The notes under the pieces were generated by a model that did no database searches, was not told the origin of the DNA, and saw nothing but the letters and a program-made list of their open reading frames with translations. The translations under genes were made by a program, and so were the position numbers. A DNA stretch of 57,292 bases, the filler included, from Jimgerdemannia flammicorona (taxonomy: Eukaryota), in the NCBI GenBank assembly GCA_003990765.1. It is 3 parts of 3 records of this genome, joined end to end, with 100 filler letters (N's around TTAATTAATTAA, not from the genome) between each part and the next. Parts side by side here need not be neighbours in the genome. Positions count along the whole stretch, not along the records: positions 38,267 to 57,292 come from RBNJ01002046.1; 2 more parts are not named here. One strand, 5' to 3'. Shown here one piece after another: positions 47,201 through 57,292 of this stretch (positions are counted from its first letter, which is position 1; each line of letters starts with the position of its first letter).

Positions 47201-49240
47201 AAGGTGCCCCAGTTAGTGTCTGGTAGATGAGGATGAAAGAGATGGCCAGGGTTTACTAGAGAGAGGCTGGCAAGGAGACTGAGAAACAGAGGAGGTGAAG
47301 GGTGAGATGGGCTTCTGCTAGACTGGCTAGACTCTTGGAAGATTGGACAGGGCTAGTGACACTGGAGGAGAGAGAGGATTAGAAATTAATGTGGATGAAA
47401 ATAGAGGTTAGAGAACTACAATAGGTGTTGCAGGAAGAGGAGGAGGTAAGAGTGCAGAGCTTGGTGGTATGGCTTTGTTGGTAGAGTTTAAAGAAAGGAA
47501 AAAGGCTCTCAAAGTATCTCACAAGGGCCCTTCAGATAAGAAGAGTGAAGCAGAGGTGGGAAGGGGTACTGGACTCTGATGGTATGCTAGTGCATAATAT
47601 ACAAGATATTCTTAAATTATTAAAGGAATGATGGAGTAATTTATAGAGTGAGGAGGAGGGTGGGGCTGATGCTGCTGCTATTGACTAGATATTGGAGGGT
47701 TGGTACTCCTTATAGGTAGAAGGGCTGGGTGGCTTGGTGTTACCTGTTCAAGAGGAGGAGATCTACCAGATTCTTGCCATAACTATACTGGGTATGGTAC
47801 CTAGAGAGGATGATCTGCCCTGGGACTTCTGGAGGAAAATGGTGAGAGTCTTAGGGGTGCTGGGTAAGATGATGACATTGTGTGATTTGATACTACAGTC
47901 AGAGAGATGAATGAGGGAGCAGGATCTGGGGCTGGTGATACTGCTTTACAAGAATAAGAGAAGGAGAGAGGACTGGAAGAACTGGTGGCCAATCATGCTA
48001 CTGGACATAGACAGAAAGTTAGTGACTAAGATAGTGATTGCAAGGCTACAGAAGGTGGCCCAGCAAGTATTAGGTGTTGAACAGAGGGGCTTTGTAGGAG
48101 ACTGACTCATTAGAAATAGTATAGCTTGGGTACATGGAGTTATTGAAGGGACATGAGCTTGTAGACTGGATGGGTGACTGGTCTTTCTGGATCAGGAGAA
48201 GGCATATGACTGGGTAAGGTAAGTCTGATTGATAAAGATATTGGATAGGATTGGAGTATCTCACCAGTTCTAGTCAGCAATAGTCAGCCTACTGGAAGGG
48301 AGTCAGGCTGCACTCATGTGTAATGGACATAGAGAGGTGGCATTTCCCCTGAGTAGGGGTGTGCCTCAGGGGAACCCACTATTCTCTATTCTGTATGCTC
48401 TTTTTCTGGAATCTCTAATGGATAGGATTAGATGGAAGATAGTGGGGCTCTCTATCTTTGGAATTGGGTGAAAAGTTAGTGCCTTTGCAGATGACATGAT
48501 AGTCAGCCTGAGATCTATTACCAATATAGAGGAGCTCAAGAAGACAGTAGAGTGGTATAAGATATACTCTGAGGATAAACTCAATTGACACAAGTGTGAA
48601 ACAATGATGTTAGGCAATAGCCTGGTGGGAGGAGATGTCATTGGAACAATTGTCCCTACTAGAGAGGCAATATAGTACTTGAGTATCTATTTGTCAGTAT
48701 ATGGGTCAGTCCTACTGAGACTTTGGTAGGAGCAGAGGATTGCAATCTGGGGAGAGATCCTATAGAGTTGGGGAGGTTGCCACTTATTATTAGTAGGGCA
48801 TGTCTCAATTTTGAACATCTACTGGTTATCAAAGTTGTGATATCTGGCCTATCACCTGGACTTTCCAGCCTAGGTGGTGAAGAGACTGATAAAACTGATC
48901 AAGGGGTGGATCTGGGCTAGGAGAAGGAATCAGATCAGCTGGGAGGTCTTATTCTTACTGATAGTGAGAGGAGGACTTGGGCTGGTTGACTTTCTGAAGA
49001 GACTGTACTGCTTGAGAGCATAGTGGTTAAAGAGAGTAGTGGAGTTGAGAGGGCTATTGTAGAAGGTCTGAGAGATAAGGTCCTCACTGAGAGGCTCTAC
49101 AGGAGATCTACTATCCTTGGTTGGGCTTTGGAACACTGGGTACATGAGATACATACAAAGGCTTCTGGTGGGGGGTAGTGGAGGGGGTGCACTACATTAA
49201 AATATGCTGGTAGGGAAATAAAGAGGAGGTACCTTAGAAC
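44290..49240 (+). mobile_element. L1/Tx1-like non-LTR retrotransposon (ORF1 + APE endonuclease + RT), degenerate, 3'-interrupted
   Basis: APE: LNVNGL (about 46400), LFLLQ, SGDFNMV (about 46780), RID, SD(H>Y). RT: W(R>W)PIMLLDIDRKLVTK (about 47980), FLDQEKAYD, GVPQGNPL, AFADDM (48481). Many stops from C>T/G>A changes. Confidence 0.92.
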
Positions 49241-49249
49241 CCAGAAATG

Positions 49250-52200
49250 TATAAGAAATAAGGTCTCTCCTAAGGATGTCCTCACTACTCATGGTGCTTT
49301 GCCCAAGTACAAAGAAGAGTCCATGAAATCCTTGCTGTACAGACCTTACAAAATCCAGAACACAAGAAGGATAACCAAGATAGGAGGAACTCCACTAGGA
49401 TGAATGATCAAAGAAATGATCAAAGGAACCAGCAAAACCCCAGAGGACCAAGATCTCCTACTGAGAATAAAAAGAAGCAGCTCTGCAAAAAAGGATTATA
49501 CTTTATCTACAAGAAGGCAGAACACATCTCAGTCAAATGTCCTGAGAAGAGAAACAGATCAGGCAAACCCAGTAACTAGAATATTACTGTCATTGAAGAA
49601 GGTCCAAGAAAGAAGAACTCTGAGAATGTCATCAAAGTGCAGAAGATATAGTATAAGACTACCATTCCTACTAAGGTCTACTCTACTGATGCTGGGTATG
49701 ACCTCTACAGTAGCCAAGACCTCATTATTCCACCCAGTATCAATGCTACAGTGTGAACAGAGATTAGAATACAAGCTTCCAAAGGTACATATATCTGTCT
49801 TACCAAGTGAAGCAGCCTAGCCAAAGAATTCAATATTGGACTAGGAGGAGGAGTAGTTGACCAAGAATTTACTGGTGAAATCTATATCATCTTGCAAAAT
49901 TTTGGAGATACCTTATTTGAAGTCAAAATAGACCAAAGAATTGCTCAGACAATTATTAAAGAAATCTATCAAGATCTCACTATTGAAGAAGTTCCTGAGC
50001 TCTCCCAGACAGACTGTAGCAAGAAAGAATTTGGATCAATCAACAAATCTTCCAGTCAAAAGGTTATTACTATGAAGAAAGATGATGAAAACTGATATAA
50101 GAAAATTATAGACAGTTATGCACCATATGGATGATACTCTCATTTTATTGAATATACTGTATGGAATATATTGGTGAATGCCATACATGCCTCTCTAAAG
50201 TTTTCAAAATTCAATCTGAGAGATGCTAAGCCCAATAGACTGAGGAACCCAAACAAGACCACCCTCCTTGTGAAGGATGGAGAGAAACTGACTTTGAGGA
50301 GACTGATAGCAATTAGGACAATAATGAGGATGAAGAGCTCAATACCATCAAAAAGGAGGATAGTTGCATCAAGTTCATAGACCAAGTTCACAGACAGAAT
50401 ATCAATGTCTTGCTTGATAGTAGTGCTACTAGAAACTATATTAGCACCAAGACTGCCAAGAGAATTAGAACCTGAAGCAGACCAGCTACTGAGAAAAGGA
50501 ATATTACCTTTTGTGATAGTAAGACTGTACTATTGACCAAGATCTGTGAGGATCTCTTACTCAGGATTGGCAAATATTAAGAGAAGTTGGACTTCAGTAT
50601 TGTAGACCTCTCAGAATAAGATATTATCCTAGAAAAAGCCTGGTTGACCCAGCACAACTCAGATATCAACTAGAGGATCATGAGGTTAATCTGACCTATA
50701 AAGGCAGAAAGATCACCCTGATACCCCAGGAAGGTACCAACTATCACGAAATTGAAATCATCTCTGCCATCCAAATGAAGAGACTTTTCTGAAAAAAGGA
50801 AAACACCTACTTCATCTGTACTATACAAGAAGTTACTGAAGCTCTGAGTAGCCCAATCTTACCAGAAGCTCAAGAACTGTTTGAAGAATTCCAAGATATA
50901 TTCTAAGACCCTCAAGGACTTCCACTCAAGCACTAAATCCAACATGGAATTTATCTCATTCCAGGATCTAAATCCCCATACAAGAGTATCTATCAACTGG
51001 CCCAATCCAAACTCAAAACCCTCAAGAATGAGTTGACCAAACTATTGGCCCAAGGATATATTGAACCCAGCTGCTCTCTATTTGGAGCCCCCATTCTATT
51101 TATCAAGAAGAAGGATGGCTCTCTGCAAATATGTATTGACTATAGAGCTCTCAACAAGATCACCATCAAGAACCAGTGTGTCTTGCCTAGGATTGATGAG
51201 TTGCTACACCAGATCTTCAAGGCCAAGACCTTTTCACTACTAGACTTGTGAAATAGCTACTACCAGATTCTCATTAATGAGAAGGATATTGAAAAGACAG
51301 CTTTTTGAATGCAGTTTAGATACTACCAGTTTTAGGTCATACTCTTTGGTTTGACCAATATACCAGCAACATTCCAGTATCTGATGAATGATATCTTTGG
51401 ACCACTCCTCAACATCTGTATCCTTGTGTATATTGATGATATACTAATCTACAGTGAAACAATAGAGTTATACTACACTCACCTCAAACAGGTACTGACC
51501 CTTCTGTGAGAACATCAGCTCTATGTTAAGATAAGTACAAGTTCTATCAAGACTAGATTGAGTATCTGAGACTTATCATCTCTGCTGAAGGTATCAATAT
51601 AGACTCCTGAAAGATATCAGCTCTTAAGGATATTTCTATCTCTACTATCCTCAAGCTACTCCAGTACTTTCTGAGTATTGCCAATTACTACCAAAGGTTT
51701 ATTCAAGGATACTCTGCTATTGTAGTCTCACTGACTAGCCTAGCCTGCAAAGGAGTAAACATCAAGACTGAATAGACTCTCAAATGTACCCAGACTATGG
51801 ACCACCTCAAGAGACTTCTTACTGAGGCCCCAGTGCTAATTGCACCTGACCCTACTAGGCCATTCACTCTGACTACAGATGTCTCTGACATTGCTATTAG
51901 GGTAGTGCTCAGCCAAGAAGATCACCCAGTGGCTTACCTTTCCCAAAAGCTCAAGCCAGCTGAGACCCAGTATATCACCTATAAGAAGGAACTCCTGGCC
52001 ATTGTCACTGCACTCCAGGAATAACATCATTTCCTCTTAGAACAACTATTTGTAGTCTACACTGATTACTATGCTCTGTAGTACATTTACATACAGCCCA
52101 TACTGATCTACAGACAAGCCTGCTGGATGGAAATTATTGCCAACTTTAATATAGAAATCAAGTATATCCCAGGAAAAACCAACTGTATGGCTGATAGTTT

Positions 52201-53748
52201 CTCTAGATACATAGAAAACAAACTTGTCTTTATAGTTAAGATAATTGGAGACCTCACTCAAATGATCAAAGATAGCTATCAACAAGACAGCTCTCTGATG
52301 AAATTCCTTCAACTCTACCAAGACCCAGAGGCCGAGGTCCTAGAACCCATGAGACAAATGTCCAAGAGATTTACTTACCATAATAGACTCATCTATAGAG
52401 ACTATGACAGAGTGGTTATACCCAACAATGATACTCTGCAGCTCAAGATCATGCAAGAACTCCATAATGCTCCTACAGCAGAACATTTTGGTTTTGAAAA
52501 GACCTTCAATCTCCTCTTGAGAGAGTTCTACTGACCAAAAATAACCAGGATATCAAAGACTTTGTGGCCTCATATGAGATGTACTAAAGGTTCAAAAGTG
52601 ATAATAAGCTACCAGCAAGACTTCTACAACCTCTGCCTATCCCAAGTCACAACTGGGATTAGATTTCAATAGATTTTATTGTCCAGCTCTCCAAGACCAA
52701 AGCAGGATGAGATGCCATTGTGGTATTTGTGGACTACCTAAGCAAACAAGCCCATTTTGCACTCACCAAGACCACTACCACAGTATCAGAGACTGCTGAA
52801 ATCTTTCTCAATCAAGTATTTAGGCTATATGGCATATCTAGTACCATTATATCTGACTGAGATATAAAGTTTACAAGCAACTTCTGGAAGACATTCTTTT
52901 CTCTCCATAGAACCAAGCTGAAGTTCTCTACTGCCTACCACTCCCAGACTGATAGTCAAACTGAGTAAACTAATAGGACTCTCAAGCAGATGCTTAGCAT
53001 CTTTTGCTATTACAAGCAGAATGATTGAGACAAGTATCTAGCCCATGCTGAGCTTGTCTATAATAATAGCCAGCAAACCTCTACAAATAAGACTCTATTC
53101 TTTCTGAACCATGGTCAATACCCAAAGACCCCAAGCATTACTATAAAATCAGGAGTCCCAGCAGCCCAAGATCTGGCTAAGACTATTTCTGATCTTATCC
53201 AAATGACAAGAGATGCTCTCATAGAAGTACAGGACTATCAGACCAAGTATATAAACTTAAAGTGAAGAGAAGTCTCCTATAACATTGGTGACATAATCAT
53301 ACTTAGAATAGACCACTTCTACTCAGATACTCTGATACAATAACTAGCCAAAAAACTCTATGCTAAAAGAATTGGACTATACAAGATTGTGGAAAAAAGT
53401 AAAGTTAACTACAAGTTGCAACTTCCTTACAATATTCAAGTATACTCAGTATTCTATATCAGTCAATTGGTGGACTACTATGAGAACTCATTCCCTAAGC
53501 ATATAGTTCCACCACTACTCCCAATTAAGATTAATAATTACAAGGAATTTGAAATTGAGAAAGTACTTGACCACAAGGTCTGTAAATATCCCAAAACAGT
53601 CAAGCAGTTTTTTCTTATCAAGTGGAAGAGTTATCTCACCCACAATGCTACCTGGGAAAAGAAAGAAGCTCTGGAGAATATATATGAAGCCCTCTATGAC
53701 TACATGGAAATACTCACCCCTCAGCAAAGGAAGGAACTGCAGCTCTAA
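49250..53748 (+). mobile_element. Degenerate chromovirus (Ty3/gypsy): gag end/zinc knuckle - dUTPase - protease - RT - RNase H - integrase - chromodomain
   Basis: dUTPase about 49620-50040 (DAGYDLYS, *SSLA, GGVVDQEFTGEI, QRIAQ, EFGS). Protease VLLDSSAT about 50405. [26 protein letters not shown] and VYIDDILIYS. RNase H TTDVSD..VLSQ, YKKELLA. Integrase LLQPLPIP, AYHSQTDSQTE. Chromodomain FEIEKVLDHK…FLIKWKSY..NATWE. No LTR recognised. Confidence 0.95.
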
Positions 53749-54390
53749 AATTTAGAGCATATAGCAAACAAGAAGGATACTACATATTTTACCTGAAATA
53801 TATAATACTGAATATTGCAGAAAAAGGAATACTATAATTAATCAACAAGAAGACACTCAGGTGAAGGACAATCTAGCATGATATAGCAAAACATATCTGA
53901 ACAACTCTATTTCACACTATCTATATCATCTCTGCTAGATGATGACAGATGCTTTATATAGAACTTAAGAAAGCCAATGATATCGAAACCAATCTAAGTT
54001 TATCTATATGACAGATATTGTTACTAGAAATTGCCTCAGATTACAAGAAATACTATTTTCAAAAGGTTTGAACCTCCAGCTGTGACAATGGGAGCTCTCA
54101 CCCTAGATAAGGATGGCCAGTCCTCACAAATATGCCAAACAGATAAAAAAAAAGAGAACTAAGATCTGTCAACCCTGTATAACTACAACTGCAAGTAGTG
54201 ATATCTTTGAAATCAGGATTTTCTTATATAACTAGTACATGCTCTACTTATAGCAATAGGTCATATATTCTACTAGAAAGCATGATCAAAAGAAGGTTAT
54301 ACCAGATAGGTGAATAAGTATAAATACTCAAGACAAGAATACTCTGCAACTCTTATCTCTCTCTCTCTATAAAGAAAAGATAAGATAAGA

Positions 54391-55275
54391 ATGCCTACTA
54401 CTCATTATCAAACTGCCTGCCATAGCCAGCCCCTCCTAAGCCAGGTTTATCACCTCTTTGGATACATCCAGATTGCTATCCAAGGAAGGAACTGCTACTC
54501 TGAGGCCCTTAATCTCTCCAGCCAGAACCAAGGATAGTATGTCCTTGACTATTATAAACTTATCAAAAGGGCCTACCTTGCTATTAGCTATCTAGAGATC
54601 TGGTATGAATATGAAATTGGCCATCAACTCCTCCAATATACAAAGGATCTACCCACTGACCAGATCTCAGACTGGACTCACCTAGATAGGTACAAACAAA
54701 GACTAGCCAAGAAGGTATATCAAATCATGCACCATATACCTTTTGTAATTCCCAATCTCAACTATGTCCAACTGAAGGACTTCCAGAACCTCTTCTTCCC
54801 CAAGATTAATAAGCTAGAGATCAAGGTAGTCCAAGAAGCCAACTTCTGGATTACTCTCAAGTCTACAGACATCAAGCCCCACTGGAGTCTCCTTCTGAAT
54901 GATAACTCAGACCAATGGCTCCAAGGCTCTTTGAAGGACTATCTATCTGAATGGATATCCTCAGACATGAGGATCAAGAACCCTACTTGGATGGTCCCAA
55001 CTATATCAGATAGAGAACTCCTACACCAATGCCCATACCAATGTAAGAACTATTTGCAGACCTCATTGACTTCTCCATCCTGGACAGCAAGCCATCAGCA
55101 ACTGTCCCCCCTGCCACTGAAGAAAAAGGTAACAACACTGAGGAAGATTCTCTACCTTTCTCTCCCCTGGTTCTTAATTTCTGAATCAATGAGGATGTTG
55201 ATTTCTAAGGAGAGAAGGATGTACATCTTTCTCCTATATAATTCATATTACACCAATCTCAAGCAATGGTTTTAA
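54391..55275 (+). pseudogene. Unknown ORF (about 294 codons, one internal TAG) downstream of chromovirus pol
   Basis: Frame of ORF 54727-55275 extends to ATG 54391 with a single TAG at 54535-54537. CpG-depleted like the surrounding TE. Confidence 0.5.
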
Positions 55276-55279
55276 ACAA

Positions 55280-57292
55280 AAACTTGGAGAAAAGATATTA
55301 TAAAAATATCATCAAGCAAGTGTTCTGATGAGCATACTGGGTCAGGTGGATCTGGGGCTTTTGGCTGGCAGAATGTTGGGAGGGGTTATGGCCTGGGGAT
55401 GGGGGCCTTTGGAGGATTGAAGGGTGGTGAGGGCTCTGGAGGTGGACCAGTGTCTGGTGGCAATGGGAGAAGGCCAAGCCCCTCAAGTTTTGCAGATAAG
55501 GTGAAGGGGAGTGGGTGGCCGGCTGGATCTAGGGCTAGTGCTGCTGTGGCTGGGGGTGGGACTGCTGATGGTAGTGTGATGGGCAATCAGGAAAAAAAAA
55601 AGAGATGTGATGGTTGATGGAGGTGTGGGGCAGGGGTTCCCAATGCAGAAGGGAGATCTGGCCAATGGTGTAATGGGGCTGGCAGTAGCACCATTACTCA
55701 GGAAATTGATCTCAGAGTTTGCAGTAATACTGTGCTTCTGAGGCTTGGTAGTGATGGTGAGGATAGTCTTGGGGCTTATCTTGAAGCAGGTGGCTGGAGC
55801 TGCCTCAGTGAAGTTTCTGAAGGACCTGGAGGGGGTCAAGGTGGGCTTTGAGAAGATGGGTCCACTGAAAGAGATTCTGAAGAATAGAGTGGCAGTTGGG
55901 GAAGTGGTGGTCCCCATGATGCGCTGCCTGAGGTAGGACCCCAGAGTGGTACAGCTGTTGATGAAGGGGGTGCCTACAGTGATGAAGGAGAAGACTAGGA
56001 GGAAGGTGGAGGCAGTGATGGCAGAGTATGGTGATGTGATAGATGTCAGTTTCCAGGTGTGGGAGGGGACATCTATTAGGACTGGTGATGTAGATGTGAG
56101 GATTAGACTGGTAGGAAGAGAGACTACAGAAAAGATGAGTAACTGGCCCTTGGTGTTGATGTGGGGGGCTTTTGTCTATAAGGTGTCAAGGGTGAGAGGG
56201 AATGAAGAGGCAGCTCCTTTCTCTGCTACCTTACCGGTCACAAGGTTTGGTAGGTGATCTTCTGAGTCCCCTTTCCCCTATTATTACCCCCTCTACCTTA
56301 GGTTGGTTTGCTGTACCTGCAGGGACATGGTGGGAGGAGGGCAATGGTGATGAGTTGCCCCTTTATTGGTATCAGATTGGTACTTCCTCCACTTTTTTGT
56401 AGATTCTGGTGCCTTCGGCTGCATCTAAGGTGTACCTGTTTTGGTGTGGTGCCTTCTTCCTTTTGTTATCACCAATAAGATGTTGTCTCAGTATGTCTCG
56501 AGCTATGTAGGGAGTCAGCCAACCTTGGGTGTCAAGTGCTCAGTATAGGTTACCTGCAGGTCCTTGGTACCTGTGGTGGGGCCCTCTGGCTTTGGCAAGC
56601 TTCCCAGTGAGTGCGGTTCTGATGTAGGTGACTGTTTTTCAGGTGTTGTTGGGATGGGAGGGGAGATGGCTGTCACAGATAGGAGGAAGGGCGATAATGG
56701 TGAACCAGTAGGGTGCCAGGCTGGGGGCAGTCATCAGGGCTAGAGCAGATACTGCTTCGGTGGGGCCTTTTGATTGATGCAGCATGGTTAGGTGGTAGAT
56801 GTCACTATCGGCTTCTTTTGGCAATCAGCGGGGTTGGGCCCCAGTCATCAGGGGGGGTCAGGAGGCCTGAGGCTACCCATTTCAGGTATCTTGGCTACAC
56901 TCAACTGGAACTGGGAGCTGACACAGCAACATGATCGAGGCCTGCAGGCTTGAGTAGTGGGGTATTGGGGGTTTCCTCCCACCTCATGTGTAAGTCCTTT
57001 ACTCACTTCAACTGAGAGAACCAGGCCCTACCCACCATGTTGTGCTTTGATGAGGGTTTTTTCTTTGCCTGTCATTCTCTTTAGGGTGGCAGGGGCTATT
57101 CTATTTAGCTCGGTATGGTGCACAGAATGAGGTGTGGGCCTAATCAGCCCTGCTGTGCCTGGCATGATCGAGCTACTGGACAATAGCTAGCCTAGGTTAA
57201 TGGGGGGGCAGTGCTTGGTGGGTGGTGGGGGAGGGTTTTGGCCTATATAGTCTAGGTTCCCTTCCAATAAAAATCCATGGGATATGAGTCCA
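55280..57292 (+). mobile_element. Second L1/Tx1-like LINE relic: ORF1 (paralog of 44300-45250) joined to 3'-terminal segment
   Basis: Shares TTGGAGAAAAGA at its start with 44300, and ORF1 peptides (LILKQVA.A.SVKFLK.L, QLL.KGVPTVM, WEGTS.RT.DV). 56797-57292 matches 18076-18657 inverted and ends near AATAAA. Confidence 0.8.

Overview
Fungal genomic DNA with spliceosomal GT-AG introns. Protein families suggest an early-diverging Mucoromycota-type fungus (inference only). Two 100-nt scaffold gaps lie at 19035-19134 and 38167-38266. Genes, left to right: 3' end of an SPX-domain gene; a small secreted beta/gamma-crystallin-like protein; a multi-exon RasGEF; a MATH-BTB gene; CHAT-protease and lysyl-tRNA synthetase pseudogenes; a SAM / coiled-coil / COR-like / LRR gene; and the 3' part of a myosin-motor-type chitin synthase. 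Two nests of dead transposons (about 16.5-26.2 kb and 42.5-57.3 kb) contain pogo/Tigger, L1/Tx1-like LINEs and two dUTPase-carrying Ty3/gypsy elements, all with RIP-like C>T hypermutation. The standout is the LRR gene. It has at least 20 consecutive exons of exactly 84 nt (one 28-aa LRR each, all phase 1-1). The homologous introns between them have self-complementary ends with compensatory changes, and every splice junction splits a variable ligand-face codon. This is a candidate combinatorial exon-cassette receptor system.
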